A stretch of DNA of 64,000 bases from Octopus vulgaris (taxonomy: Eukaryota), in assembly GCA_951406725.2 (NCBI GenBank), contig OX597834.1, forward strand, positions 22,754,001 to 22,818,000, given 5' to 3'. Made by a program: the position numbers and the translations under genes. Each line of letters opens with the position of its first letter. Within the stretch, counting starts at the first letter, position 1. The notes beneath the pieces are model-generated. The model had not been told where the DNA came from, did no database searches, and saw only the letters and a list, made by a program, of their open reading frames with translations. Shown here piece after piece: positions 36,003-46,111 of the stretch.

Positions 36003-38129
36003 GTATATATGTATGTATATATATGTATGTATGTATATATATATATATATGTATGTATATACATACAAAGCAGGAGTGGACTGAGAGTATTAAGGGCCCT
36101 TAGGCATAACTGTTTACTGGGTCACTTTGAATGTGTGTTTTGGTAGAGTTAACATGTAGAGTGCAGGCCCCTCAGAGCTCCAGGCCCTCTGGCAGTGCCT
36201 GATTGACTGATGGCTCAGTCTGCCCCTGATACAAAGCAAACGCATAATATTGTTTTCCTTCTCTTCTTCACCAGGGCGAACCATTTATGGAAGGTTTAAA
36301 AGACAACAAACCCCTATTGTATAGTTTATTAATATCTGGCTCTACAGTGTTGCTATTAGCTTCTGGAATCTTCCCACAGATGCTGGATATGTTTCAACTT
36401 GTAGAACTTCCAAGTGATGTAAGTATTGCCCACAAGACATTGTGGTTTCTTCTTTCTATATTCTTGAAGACTAAAAATTTCTGTGTCATATGGACACCTG
36501 CTTCTCCACATGGCCTCAGGGATACAGGGTTCAGTTTGTAACCACACAGATTTGAGTTCTGTCTCACTGCATGGCTCCTTGGTTCTATTATAGTCTCTGG
36601 CTGACCAGTGGAATTGGTTGATGAAAACTGTATGGAAGCCTAGTACTTTAAGTCTGGTACTTATTCTATCAGTCTCTTTCACCAAACTGCTAAGTCGGGA
36701 GTACACACACACACACACACACTTTTCACTCACTGCACTTACCTACACATCCAGCTTTTCCACTCTTTTGTCCTATTTTGTCTCATATTCACGTTGTACC
36801 TGCACATCATGCTTCTCTCTTTCTGTGCTAGTGCTTCTTAAAAAGCACCCAGTCCTCTCTGTGAAGTGATTGGCACTAGGAAGGGCATCTAGCTGTAGAA
36901 ACCTTGCCAAAGCAGACATGGAACCTGGCAGAGTCCTCTGGCTCATCTGTTCTAGTCTAACCTATTTCTTTATTACCACAAGGGGCTAAACATAGATGGG
37001 ACAAACAAGGACAGACATAGGTATTAAGTCGATTCCATCGACCCCAGTGCGTAACTGGTACTTAATTTATCGACCCCGAAAGGATGAAAGGCAAAGTCGA
37101 CCTCGGCGGAATTTGATCTCACACCGTAACGACAGACGAAATACGGCTACGCACCTCGCCCGGCGTGCTAACGCTTCTGCCAGCTCACCGCCTAGTTCTA
37201 GTCAAACCATCCAACCCATTATCAGCATCAAGTAGACATTAAAAGATTAAGATGATGACAAACATACAACTGACTTCCACACAGTTTCCATCAACCAAAT
37301 TCATTCACAGGGCATTAATCGCCCCTGGGCTAGAGTGGAAGACATTTGTCCAAAGTGCCATGCAGTAGAACTGAACCTGAAATCACATGACTACAAAGCA
37401 AGCTTCTTAATCACACAGGCATGATGACATTTCCTAAAAATAAAACATAAAATTTTATCATTTTTTAAAAAAAACTTTGTTCCCATGATATTTTCATATA
37501 AATAATTGATCCAGCCAAGCTCTAATTGTGGAGGGCATCTGTGGAAAGAGTAGACCCAGGAAGACATGGGAGGAAGTGGTGAGAAAGGATCTTCAAATGC
37601 TGGGCCTCACTGGTGACATGACAAGGGACCGGGGGGTTGTGGTGGTTTGATGTACTTGAGAAGACACGTCAATCTAAGTAAAATTGCTGTCATCCATACT
37701 TTCAGGCTTGTCCTTTACAGATGTCAGTGCCACGTAAGATGCAGTTGTACTGGTGCTGCATAAAAGCACCCGTGCCAGTGGCACATGAAAGTCAGTCAGC
37801 ACACCCAAAGTGGTTGGCATTAGGAAGGGCATCCAGTTGTAGAAACCCTGCTACGACAGACAATTGGAGTGTGGACAGCTCCTGTCAAACCATCCAACTC
37901 ATGCCAGCATGGAAAATGGGCATTAAATGATGATGATGATTTGTATAGTATTTTTTATTCTGTAATCGACTAATTTTCTAAGATGTATTTTAATTGTTTT
38001 TTCTCTTTTTCTTTTCTCCAGTTCTGCCAAACCCTGGTGATTGTCATCCTTTTAGATATGATTGGTTCTTTCGTGATCGATAAAATATGTCACTATTTCT
38101 TTGGAAAAGGCAAAGTACGCAAAGTATGA
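205..38129 (+). CDS. ATP13A1: P5A-type ATPase (ATP13A1/Spf1 orthologue), 26 coding exons, 3495 nt, 1164 aa
   Basis: Hand-spliced GT-AG exons keep one frame from ATG 205 to TGA 38127-38129. Motifs: LTGES (A domain), PPELPIE (P5A M4), DKTGTLT (phosphorylation site, 18991-19011), [29 protein letters not shown]. Matches the recalled ATP13A1 sequence colinearly. Confidence 0.97.
606..685. repeat. (TA)n microsatellite
   Basis: direct reading; many further TA tracts in the window. Confidence 0.95.
3870..4160 (+). mobile_element. Degenerate RTE-group LINE ORF fragment
   Basis: [19 protein letters not shown] resembles LLYGSETWT..CYxRML; downstream [11 protein letters not shown]. Confidence 0.6.
5367..5787 (-). 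mobile_element. tRNA-type SINE family A, full length
   Basis: Reverse complement of the copy at 60222-60620; A/B-box-like head, internal (TA)/(TG) tract, AAAGAGT tail. Confidence 0.85.
7899..7988 (+). CDS. ATP13A1: ATP13A1 exon 2 ([30 protein letters not shown])
   Basis: tttcAG acceptor, GTGAGT donor, [14 protein letters not shown] conserved. Confidence 0.95.
9383..9758 (+). mobile_element. tRNA-type SINE family A
   Basis: GTGGCTGTGTGGTAAG..GGGTTCAGTCCC head, same body and tail; many further partial copies in the window (e.g. 7405-7744, 11287-11440, 18262-18416, 44240-44380). Confidence 0.85.
10244..10431 (+). CDS. ATP13A1: ATP13A1 exon 3 ([16 protein letters not shown]...KYGKN)
   Basis: polypyrimidine-tAG acceptor, GTAAGT donor; FQKxKY..EKKQFLP conserved; absent from ORF track. 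Confidence 0.92.
11744..11972 (+). CDS. ATP13A1: ATP13A1 exon 4 (MEMIVPKF...KPYIIQ)
   Basis: [23 protein letters not shown]; AG/GT boundaries in phase. Confidence 0.96.
12681..13132 (+). mobile_element. Retrozyme-like / Penelope pseudo-LTR-like unit: 357-bp monomer plus 95-bp terminal redundancy
   Basis: Direct repeats 12681-12775 and 13038-13132 (4 mismatches) enclosing the hammerhead motif and several hairpins. Confidence 0.6.
12920..12962 (+). ncRNA. Type I hammerhead ribozyme motif
   Basis: CGCCCG-UUGACGA-GGGAcaaaaaUCCC-GAAAC-ua-GUU/UGAGCG: core boxes, 4-bp stem II, palindromic stem III region AAACTAGTTT, stem I with one mismatch. Confidence 0.65.
13314..13383 (+). CDS. ATP13A1: ATP13A1 exon 5 ([23 protein letters not shown])
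   Basis: [11 protein letters not shown]-domain motif; tAG/GT. Confidence 0.95.
14602..14708 (+). CDS. ATP13A1: ATP13A1 exon 6 (VPCDLLLL...[14 protein letters not shown])
   Basis: TGES motif; tAG/GTGAGT. Confidence 0.97.
15170..15302 (+). CDS. ATP13A1: ATP13A1 exon 7 (EPVENL...[10 protein letters not shown]...GLK)
   Basis: GGTKVVQH conserved; tAG/GTACGT. Confidence 0.95.
15590..16341 (-). mobile_element. RTE-like LINE 3' UTR with internal tandem array
   Basis: Same sequence as 21675-22190; (ATG)n tail at left; TSD TAAAGT (15584-15589 / 16342-16347). Confidence 0.8.
15748..16272. repeat. Tandem array of 60-63-bp GC-rich units (8 full + 1 partial)
   Basis: GGTGCTTTTACGTG recurs at 15748, 15811, 15871, 15934, 15994, 16056, 16118, 16179, 16241. 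Confidence 0.95.
16690..16912 (-). mobile_element. SINE family B (Deu/Nin-domain-like core)
   Basis: Core GCCTTTCATCCTTTC.GGGTCGATAAATTAAGTACC on the minus strand; same family as 29723, 33652, 36962, 39481, 44558. Confidence 0.8.
17173..17352 (+). CDS. ATP13A1: ATP13A1 exon 8 ([25 protein letters not shown]...YVWIY)
   Basis: [21 protein letters not shown]; cAG/GTAAAA. Confidence 0.95.
17600..17829. mobile_element. hAT-like MITE
   Basis: TIRs AGTGGTTCTCAAC / GTTGAGAACCACTG; a similar element lies at 29350-29555. Confidence 0.55.
18038..18175 (+). CDS. ATP13A1: ATP13A1 exon 9 ([10 protein letters not shown]...[15 protein letters not shown])
   Basis: PPELPIE motif; tAG/GTAAGT. Confidence 0.97.
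18929..19049 (+). CDS. ATP13A1: ATP13A1 exon 10 (YCTEPFRIP...[10 protein letters not shown])
   Basis: DKTGT catalytic Asp; cAG/GTAAGA. Confidence 0.97.
19389..19540 (+). CDS. ATP13A1: ATP13A1 exon 11 (LATCHSL...GDPLEKA)
   Basis: CHSL and GDPLE motifs; aAG acceptor inferred from phase, GTGAGT donor. Confidence 0.9.
19944..20116 (+). CDS. ATP13A1: ATP13A1 exon 12 ([13 protein letters not shown]...KGAPET)
   Basis: N-domain motifs; cAG/GTAAGT. Confidence 0.96.
20666..20776 (+). CDS. ATP13A1: ATP13A1 exon 13 (FQNPPKDY...GARVLALG...THQQ)
   Basis: GARVLALG; cAG/GTATAT. Confidence 0.95.
21675..22589 (-). mobile_element. 5'-truncated RTE-like LINE (ORF C-terminus, repeat-bearing 3' UTR, (ATG)n tail)
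   Basis: [31 protein letters not shown] typical of RTE-group ORF ends; 5 array units at 21833-22140. Confidence 0.9.
22813..22938 (+). CDS. ATP13A1: ATP13A1 exon 14 (VRELTRE...[12 protein letters not shown]...SSHH)
   Basis: conserved GFxxxSCPLK; aAG/GTAAGT. Confidence 0.95.
23779..23887 (+). CDS. ATP13A1: ATP13A1 exon 15 ([16 protein letters not shown])
   Basis: TGDN motif; tAG/GTAAGT. Confidence 0.97.
24178..25139 (-). mobile_element. Older copy of the same RTE-like LINE
   Basis: ETWAMT..RNEASML..WYGHVL..; diverged array units at 24336-24600; (ATG)n tail. Confidence 0.85.
25389..25495 (+). CDS. ATP13A1: ATP13A1 exon 16 (WHWQSIDD...LCITGQ)
   Basis: WxSID and LCxTG; cAG/GTAATG. Confidence 0.93.
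26455..26547 (+). CDS. ATP13A1: ATP13A1 exon 17 (SISHLQ...[10 protein letters not shown])
   Basis: [10 protein letters not shown]; cAG/GTAAAT. Confidence 0.95.
27532..27628 (+). CDS. ATP13A1: ATP13A1 exon 18 (EFVIT...[17 protein letters not shown])
   Basis: GDGTND hinge motif; cAG/GTGAGG. Confidence 0.97.
27680..28450 (-). mobile_element. Highly degenerate RTE-like LINE fragment
   Basis: [21 protein letters not shown] and ETW remnants. Confidence 0.55.
28600..28673 (+). CDS. ATP13A1: ATP13A1 exon 19 ([14 protein letters not shown]...KSE)
   Basis: GVALxxNxPE; tAG/GTGAGT. Confidence 0.93.
29723..29933 (+). mobile_element. SINE family B
   Basis: GGCGGCGAGCTGGCAGA head, GAGTTCAAATTCC B-box, TSD agatattcataatag. 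Confidence 0.85.
30151..30273 (+). CDS. ATP13A1: ATP13A1 exon 20 (arm-like insertion, TSRIAKQR)
   Basis: phase 0-0, cAG/GTAAGT; TSRxAKQR as recalled for vertebrate ATP13A1. Confidence 0.88.
31339..31456 (+). CDS. ATP13A1: ATP13A1 exon 21 ([15 protein letters not shown])
   Basis: [10 protein letters not shown]; tAG/GTAAGT. Confidence 0.95.
32682..32878 (+). CDS. ATP13A1: ATP13A1 exon 22 ([23 protein letters not shown]...SRSK)
   Basis: [15 protein letters not shown]; tAG/GTAAGT. Confidence 0.97.
33652..34057 (-). mobile_element. SINE family B full copy plus ~173-bp tandem partial duplicate
   Basis: Copy 33652-33884 with TSD agagttagtcaatta; 5' half repeated to 34057. Confidence 0.8.
34326..34468 (+). 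CDS. ATP13A1: ATP13A1 exon 23 ([16 protein letters not shown])
   Basis: [11 protein letters not shown]; cAG/GTAAGT. Confidence 0.96.
34826..35000 (+). mobile_element. Probable Penelope-like fragment with degenerate hammerhead motif
   Basis: TTT-CTGATGA-A-GAGCtccGCTT-GAAAAGTT-AAA at 34871-34903, between (TA)n tracts. Confidence 0.4.
35322..35433 (+). CDS. ATP13A1: ATP13A1 exon 24 ([12 protein letters not shown]...FFVNYT)
   Basis: FEPxLxNxTVY; cAG/GTAAGT. Confidence 0.94.
35528..35680 (-). mobile_element. Short RTE fragment
   Basis: [28 protein letters not shown], related to 49230-49555. Confidence 0.65.
35684..36065. repeat. Compound (TG)/(TATG)/(TA) microsatellite
   Basis: direct reading. 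Confidence 0.95.
36275..36418 (+). CDS. ATP13A1: ATP13A1 exon 25 ([18 protein letters not shown])
   Basis: GxPFMExLxxNKPL; cAG/GTAAGT. Confidence 0.95.
36962..37192 (-). mobile_element. SINE family B
   Basis: Full copy with imperfect TSD gttctagtc.aacc. Confidence 0.8.
38022..38129 (+). CDS. ATP13A1: ATP13A1 exon 26, last TM helix and stop
   Basis: long polypyrimidine cAG; [35 protein letters not shown]. Confidence 0.92.
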   Translation, partial: FCQTLVIVILLDMIGSFVIDKICHYFFGKGKVRKV

Positions 38130-39100
38130 ATCAAAGAAAGGAAGTAGGGGGGTGGGAATTGATGTGTTTTTGTTGGGGAGGGGTCTTATTTTTTGTTTTG
38201 TTTTTGTTTGTTTTGGGTTTTTTTGTTTTTTTTTTAAGAAGACAAAAAGGAATGGCTCGGATACCAGGCAATAAAGAAACTACACAGATGTTGAGTCCAA
38301 GAGCATTTATTATTGAAATTACACAACCTTGAAACCATGGCTGCTATGGGATCTTTGTTGTTTTTTATTTTTGATTTTTGTTTTACTTTTGATCTTTTCT
38401 CTCTCTCTCTCTCTCATCACATCTGATCTCATGTATTCCAATCATTGATTTGATAACTGTTGGCGCTGCCAGCCACCATTCTTTTCTTGTCATTCTTACT
38501 TATTCCAAAAACATTGACATTAATTCTAAAGAAAAAAAAGAAAAAAAAGAGAGACAATCCTGCAGTAAATGCATACAAAAACGCTGCATGTACAAAAAAA
38601 ATGTGAAAACGGGGGGGTTCTGTTCTTTCATAGTTTTTTTTTTTCATACTGTATATTACAAAAAAAAAATTGTTTTTTCACTCAAAATTTCTACTACAAC
38701 CAAATCTTTTAAATATTTCTTTCAACTTAAAGATATTGAAAAGCAAAAAAGTTTAAAAAATAGCAAAAAATATTTCTTGAATATTTATTTCTTTTAATTT
38801 AACAATTTTTCTGGAGAAGAAAAAATTTTTCATTTTATTTTTTAAAAAAAGTCCTAATTTTATTAATTTTTCTTCTGCAAACATAATAACATTAGATTTA
38901 AATTTGAAAATTAATAACAGTTTAAATATTTATATAAAGTTAATTTTGAATTTCTATTAATGCATTTTTCTAGACAGTCACAGAAATGAAAAAAATATAT
39001 ATATAATTCACTATTAAGGTTGTTGATAATGGGATAAATAATTAAATAATCTATAACGAAGATTAAAAAAGAAAAAAAAGATTGGAATGGTTTGCGTTTG

Positions 39101-39134
<34 letters not shown>

Positions 39135-39346
39135 CCATTTCCTCACCTCCCTCCCCAAATATGAGATGATACCTTTTTAAATATTATTTTTTTAAAATTT
39201 TTAAACTATTCCCATGATGATAATTAATTGTACAACTGTGAACTAGCTGCTCCAAAGAGACATATCTGAACTTGTTGTACCTGACCAGTAAACGCAGACC
39301 ATTTTCCTGAAGTATTGACCTGATGACTTGTTGTTAGAATCTCTTC

Positions 39347-39352
39347 AATAAA
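39347..39352 (+). terminator. Probable ATP13A1 polyadenylation signal
   Basis: AATAAA followed ~30 nt later by a GT/T-rich tract (tgtgtgtgtttttgttgtttg); an alternative AATAAA lies at 38270. Confidence 0.5.
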
Positions 39353-39480
39353 ATGATCGTTGCCAAATTGATTGGAACTGGATGTGTGTGTTTTTGTTGT
39401 TTGTATTTTGACTTTCTTTTAACTCCATGTTGAAGAAATATTTAAATGGTATCTTGACTAAAAGGAATATTCATTAATTA

Positions 39481-39701
39481 TTATTTCCTTATTGCCCACA
39501 AGGGACTAAACATAGAGGGGACAAACAAAGAGATTAAGTCAATTACATCGGCTCCAGTGCGTAACTGGTACTTAATTTATCAACCCTGAAAGGATGAAAG
39601 GTAAAGTCAACCTCGACAAAATTTGAACTCAGAACATAAAGGCAGAAAAAATACTGCTAAGCATTTCGCCTGACACGCTAACGTTTCTGCCAGCTCGCCG
39701 C
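39481..39701 (-). mobile_element. SINE family B
   Basis: Copy with TSD tattcattaatta. Confidence 0.8.
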
Positions 39702-41888
39702 TATTCATTAATTATATATACACACACATACACAGACCTACATATATCATACATAATTGACCTTCCATCAGTTATAACAATGAGTGTTCCAGCTGATTCA
39801 ATCAATGAAACAGCCTGTTTGTGAATTTAATGTGCAAGTGGTGGAGTACTCCACAGACATGTGTACCCTTCATGTAGTTCTCAAGGAGATTCAGTTTGAT
39901 GCAGCTGGCCCCTTTGAATTACAGGTACAACTCATTTTTTCCAGCTGGGTGAACTGGAGCAACTTGAAATAAAATGTCTTGCTCAAGAGCGCAACACATT
40001 AGCAGGAACCTAACTCATGACATTACGATTATTAGCTAAAAGCCCTAACCACTAAGCCACTCACCTTCACTACAGTGGTTGATGTTAGGAAAGGTATTCA
40101 GACATAGAAACAGGCCAAATTAGACTGAAACCTGGTACAGCTCTCCTGCTTGCCAACTCTGGTCAAATCATCTTACTCACACCTGCATGGAAAACTGACA
40201 TTCAAGGATGATAATAAAAATGATCGCTCACATAAATACTTCTATTTGTTTTGGGCTGTGGACATGCTGGGGTAAAATAATCTCAAAATTATATGTTCAT
40301 TTTTACAGCTGCCTCAAGAGCATTTTTCAGTGCTCTTTATATTTTGCTTTTCAGTGATACTATAGGATAGCCAGAAATGATCTAGTTTGTCAAAAACTAT
40401 AATTTCTTCAGGTTTGTATGATTTCAACACTGGAGATCACAATCATACAAAAACTTTATTTTTTCTTCAAAATTTGAATTGAAAAATATTTTTGGGATTT
40501 AATTCATCCTTATTTCCATAACTTTGCATTTTAATTTGTTTGATGCTTCACATTTTTGAAATGTGACAGATTGAAAAATTATGCTACAATAAAATTTTCA
40601 CAAATAGTTTTGTTTCAAAATTTCTCTTTTATGGAAGTGAGTGGAAGCAGGGCAGTGGTTAAAGTTAAAATTTTGGAAAAATTTAATTTATTTTTACAGA
40701 ATTGTAATCTCTGATGTTTAAAAATATACAAATATAGAAAAAGTACAATGGTCGGCAAATTAAATAATTTCCTACTCTATTGTTTAGGATTACTCCTGTT
40801 TCCCCCCTCTTAGTATAACAGAAGGGCTGGGTAAGCTGAAAAAATAATCCTTTTTTTTTTCAAGTATTTTTCCAAAGAGTTTTAACATGTAGCCCAGTAA
40901 ACTGGACTACAAAGAAATCTGTAATAGATCTATAACTGTATATACATATTACATGTATGGGTGTGTATGTGTTCATGTATGTATATTGAGTGTCTGTGTA
41001 TGTATTATGTATATATAATTGAAATGAGGACAGTTCTGAAAAAATTATCATTTGTCCAACCCATGCTAGCATGGGAAGCTGACGTTAAATGATGATGATG
41101 ATAATTTTATTTTCTTAAATACTTCTTGAATTTTTTTTTTAATTGATTTTTTAAAAAATAATTTTTTTCATACAAAACAAAGCTTCTCCCCTTCTGTTGC
41201 CAATTGACGTAGACGCTTGCCAGCTGGTGCCCGAACAAGTCTGGCATACTTTTGTCATCGTGACATTCATGCTTTTCCCAAACAGCATTAGGACGTAAGT
41301 GAATTGAAACCGCAGCGTCAACATCAACACCAATTATTATGAATTCATGTTATTGCATTTCACGGGAGTCGATTTAAAAAAAAAAAAAAAAACTTTACTC
41401 TATATTTGAAATTGTGACATTCATATAATTTTTAAATATATTATTGGGGAAAATAAAGTGAAATGATTTTATCCGAGAATTGAAACCGGGTCTGCCAACA
41501 TTACAATGAGAAAAGAAAAAAAGGTGGTGACTCACTAAATTAAATTTTCGCGCCTGTTCTACTTGTCACAACCCAATATTAACTGTGTCTGTGTGTTCGT
41601 TCTATAAAATATTTCAGTCACTTGATACTAACAGCTTGACGTAAATATTTCACTAAACAGAATTAGTTCATCCGTTTTGGCGCTAATTTTGATTTCTAAA
41701 CTATTTTTAGAGATGACATCTTGGCAGGCGGACAGACTCGCCTGTGAAGGGAAATTTCTGTTTCTTTAGGGTCACATTAATTATCATTATTATAATTAAT
41801 TAAATACGGCACTAGCTAGTTATGATTTAAAGTGTATTTTATATTTGTCTCTTAAAATCAAAAAGAAAGAACTTAAGGAGAATTATAG

Positions 41889-41989
41889 GATATATATGTG
41901 TGTGTGTATATATATATATACACATGTACAAATACACACACACACACACATATATATACACGCATATATATATATACACATGTACAAAT

Positions 41990-42026
<37 letters not shown>

Positions 42027-42118
42027 CACGCATAAATATATATATATACACATGTACAAATACATACACACACACACACACACATATATATATGTATATA
42101 TATATATATATATACACG
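41889..42118. repeat. Compound (TA)/(CA) microsatellite
   Basis: direct reading. Confidence 0.9.
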
Positions 42119-42760
42119 TACGCACACTAGCAATGCACCCCGGCGTTGCCTGGGTGTTATGACCGGCAGCTACATTGTATTAATTGTTCTTTTCTTATGG
42201 GCAGAATCGGCACATGAGGAGGATGAAGCAAAAAACTCTTCTTTATAAACATGATTTTCAATCATTTTCTAATGAGCAACGCTGCAGTTTCCGTCTACCA
42301 AATTCAGTCACAAGTCTGTGGTTGGCCTAGGGCTATAGTAGAAAACACTTGCCCAAGGTACCATGCAGAGGTACTGAACGTGGAACCATGTGGTTGAGAG
42401 GCAAATTTCTCAACCACACAGTCATTCTTGCACCTAATATGTGTGTGTGTTTACATTTGTTGTTAAATCGAGTATTGTGTCCCACTATATCTCAAAGTTA
42501 GCAGTTCATCATGCGGTGAATTTATAAAAAAAATGCCAGATTGAAATACGTACTGAGGTCAGTATGATCAATTAAATTTTTTAAGGTGGTACCCCCATCA
42601 TAGCGACAGTCGAATGACTAAACCCAGTAAAATAATGTTTAAAGACTTAATGGCTTCAAATTTCTAGCTTTAGTTAAATTAGTTTTGTCAAGAGTTTTAT
42701 GGGATATAAAACTTCATTTTACCTAATATAGTTAGAGTTTTACTGTAAGCTATTCTAACC

Positions 42761-43960
42761 TTGGCAACAAAGCGGTGAGCTGATAATGTTGCTCACACAA
42801 CTTCAGGGGGAAGAAATGGAGGTCCAAGCGCAGCAGCTCAGAGAAGACATGGAAGCTTTGAGAAGGTTAATTCAAGTTCAAATTTCTGAAAAGTATTCCA
42901 GTCCAAGTTCCCGTCTTACAACTTCTTCAACTGCTGTCTCACCACTTGCTGCTTTTCATTAAACATCAGAATTGTGGCCTGATTACTGGTCAAGATTCTG
43001 CATTTATGTTGAGACATATGCCGAGCCTGACCAGCTCACGGCTCAAGTTTTCGTGACGAATCAAACCGCTAACTGGCGAATCTGGCTACTCAACAGAGTC
43101 CGCCCAGGGATATTAACGAGATGACGATGGCGGAAATTGTCAACTTTATGAAAGAACAATTCGACCCCAAACGTTTCGCTGAGCGAGAACGTTTCAAGTT
43201 CTAAAGTGACAGACAACGGAAGCCAGGCAAAACTCTCCAGGAACTGGCAGCGTATACGTCAAGATGCTGCTACCTGTGACTTCCCTTCGATAACAGACCC
43301 TCAAGATGAAGCTTATAGACAGAGATTCATATATTTTGTCAACAATGAAGCCGTTAAAAAGGCTCTTTCCAAGATCAAGGACACAGAGTTGAATATTGCC
43401 CGTGCTGTCCAAGTCGCAACTGAGACCGAAGACACGGCGAAGGCTGCCAAGGAAACTGTTTGCGGTTCCAGGCCTGTCAACAAGATCAAGCAGAGACAGA
43501 ATAAGGGTCAACGAAAAAAAACCACCAACAGTCTAATACCACAGACCCTGAGTTGAAGTGTTACAGATGTGGAAAGGCCCATAAAGTGGCAGACTGCCCC
43601 TACAAAGAAGTCAAATACCACTTTTGTGACAAGAAATGATATTTGAAAGTTGTTTGTAAGAAGAAGCAATGGGAACATCGTTTTCAACCTTCCGCGAAGA
43701 GAATCACGAAAGCAGAACTTGTGAAAATAATGCTCGGCGAAGTTCCCGACGATACTTTTAGGGTAGTTGCGCCAATCACAATCCAAGACTGACAGTTCAC
43801 GGTGGAAGTGGACACTGCAACTACGGGAAATTTTGTTTCTTTGCTGGTCCGGAAACAATTAGGAAAACCGAAGTTGGATGATGTCAGACTTCGCTACAAG
43901 TCTGCTAGCAAGCACGACCTACCCGTGCTGGGAACTTTTATGGGCCAAACCAAGACACTG
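42761..43960 (+). mobile_element. Ty3/Gypsy LTR retrotransposon remnant (gag plus protease, stops and frameshifts)
   Basis: Gag-like ELWPDYWSRF, RIRQDAATCDF, Zn-knuckle CYRCGKAH..DCPYK, protease-like EVDTATTGNFVS; PBS-like TGGCAACAA at 42762; no RT or integrase seen. Confidence 0.8.
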
Positions 43961-44557
43961 GGAATCTCTGTGGATGATGCTCTTGAACTGAAATGCACAG
44001 AGAATCAAGACGAGATTGAAGGTGCAAGAATATCGCGTCCTAAGAGCTCTAACCAGCCTTATGCTTCCCTCATCACTCACCGCGAGTACTCCTGCAGCAA
44101 CGACTCCCATTTGGAATTAAGTTTGCACCTGGTTATTTCCAGGAGATTATGGAAATCCTAACCAGGGATCTGCCAGTTGTCAACCGGTGATGGCAAGAAG
44201 GGAGGAAGCAAAAACACACAGAAATATATACACATGGATATACGACGGGCTTCTTTCAATTTCCGTCCACCAAATCCACTCACAACGTTTTGGTTGGCTC
44301 AAGGCTAAAGTAGAAGACACTTGCCTAAGGTGTCACGCAGTGGGACTGAACCCGGAACCATGTGGATGGAAAGCAAGCTACATACACACACACATATAAT
44401 CAGTTGTAGGGTTTATTAGAATCCTAGTATTTTAATATTCAGGGAGCCGGGAAAGTATTCAGTTCCACATATTCGTAGACGTTACTATAGTTGACTGGTC
44501 CAGGTGATGACGTAGGCACATCTGTTGACGTGTGGATAGACGTAAGGCTATTGTAAC

Positions 44558-44788
44558 ATATTTCTTTATTACCCACAAGGGGCTAAACACAGAGGGGACA
44601 AACAAGGACAGACATAGGTATTAAGTCGATTACATCGATCCCAGTGCGTAACTGGTACTTAATTTATCGACCCCGAAAGGATGAAAGGCAAAGTCGTCCT
44701 CGGCGGAATTTGAACTCACAACGTAACGCAGACGAAATACCGCTAAGCATTTCGCCCGGCGTGCTAACGTTTCTGCCAGCTCGCCGCC
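44558..44788 (-). mobile_element. SINE family B
   Basis: Full copy with TSD aggctattgtaac. Confidence 0.85.
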
Positions 44789-45715
44789 TGTATGAGGCTA
44801 TTGTAACCGTTGACTGGTAAAGACGTAATCACGTCTATTCACGCCTGGATGGATGAACGGCTGTTGCACCAATTGACTGTTAACAAAAGGTAAGGATGCA
44901 GGCTACTCAATTTATGCTTTTCTGTCTGGCGTCAGACGGTTGTTGACAAAAAATAAATAAATAAATAAACAGCCGATATGTAAATTAACGTTTATACCTC
45001 TGGTGCACAACGAATACAACAAATGGCAGATATTGGCTCCATTAGCTTTATGGAAGTCTTTGAATCTTTTCAATTGGCTGCGTCTGTTATGTTTGCCTTA
45101 TTTAAACTGGAAGCAAATTTACTTCGGCTGACGTTTATATTTTACCCTCAAATATAATTTCTCTATCTTAGTTATTTCTTGAAGACAAAGGCTACAAATC
45201 TGTTTTTGTTTAATTTAGTCTGTCAATATTGGCTATTCTGTCTTTGTAGCGTCTATTTAAGGTTTTGAAGACAAACGTTGATCAAACCTTTTATGTGTCT
45301 TCAGACTTCTTCACAAAGTCTTATGAATGTAGGTGCAAGCAAGGCTGGTGCTTAAGAAGCTTGTTTTGAAATCACCTGGTTTCGAGTCAGCGCTGGATTA
45401 ACCATTAAGCAAAATAAACGCGTACTTAGGGCACCAAGGAAGGTGGGGTTGCACCACAGAAATGATAGATAGTTTACGATACAAAAGAAATCACTTTAAA
45501 CCTGCTAAAATAATATTCAAAGTGGTTTATACAAATGGAAATATAACTGTGAAATGTTCATGGTGTCGTAGTAAGGATCTGATCAAGTACTTTACTATTA
45601 AAAAGAAGTAGAAGCCTTTTCAAGTATAAATGAAGTGTACAAAAATAAACGTTATTTTCCATCTTTCTCTTCATTTTATTTTATTTAGAAAAATAAATTT
45701 TTATTTTATGGTTTA

Positions 45716-46111
45716 CTAGCAGTATCGCCCGGCGTTGCTCGGGTTTGTAAGGGAAATAACTATATAAGCATTTTTAGAGAGTTATAGCCAAAAAATAGCA
45801 AAAGAATGCATTAAAAATGGAAAAAAATTATGGTAAATTTTTTTTTAAATCGTTGACTCATCGTAGACATTTTTAGAGAGTTACTTCTCTTATATAATAG
45901 CGAAAAAATGCATTAAAATGGGAAAAAATTATGGTAAATTTTTTTAAAATCGTAGACTCATCGTAGACGCGCGCTAATACCCAGAAGGGCTCGATATGAA
46001 TCACGACTATAAGATACCCGGTTTTGGTTAAACTGCACCGCAAAATGTGGGAGTAGTTAGGAATCTAAATCGTAGGAGACAGACACACAACTTCACTTTT
46101 ATATATAAAGA
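45716..46111 (-). mobile_element. Non-autonomous Helitron
   Basis: Minus strand 5' TC, 3' hairpin CCCGAGCAACGCCGGG then CTAG, inserted in A/T. Confidence 0.85.

Noticed and set aside
35528-36146. Long YIYI/VCMY ORFs (also 490-786, 41839-42162, 59872-60181)
   Set aside because: Translations of microsatellites.
41151-41333. GC-richer open stretch after the ATP13A1 3' end
   Set aside because: No recognisable protein or supported splice pair; likely a transposon remnant.
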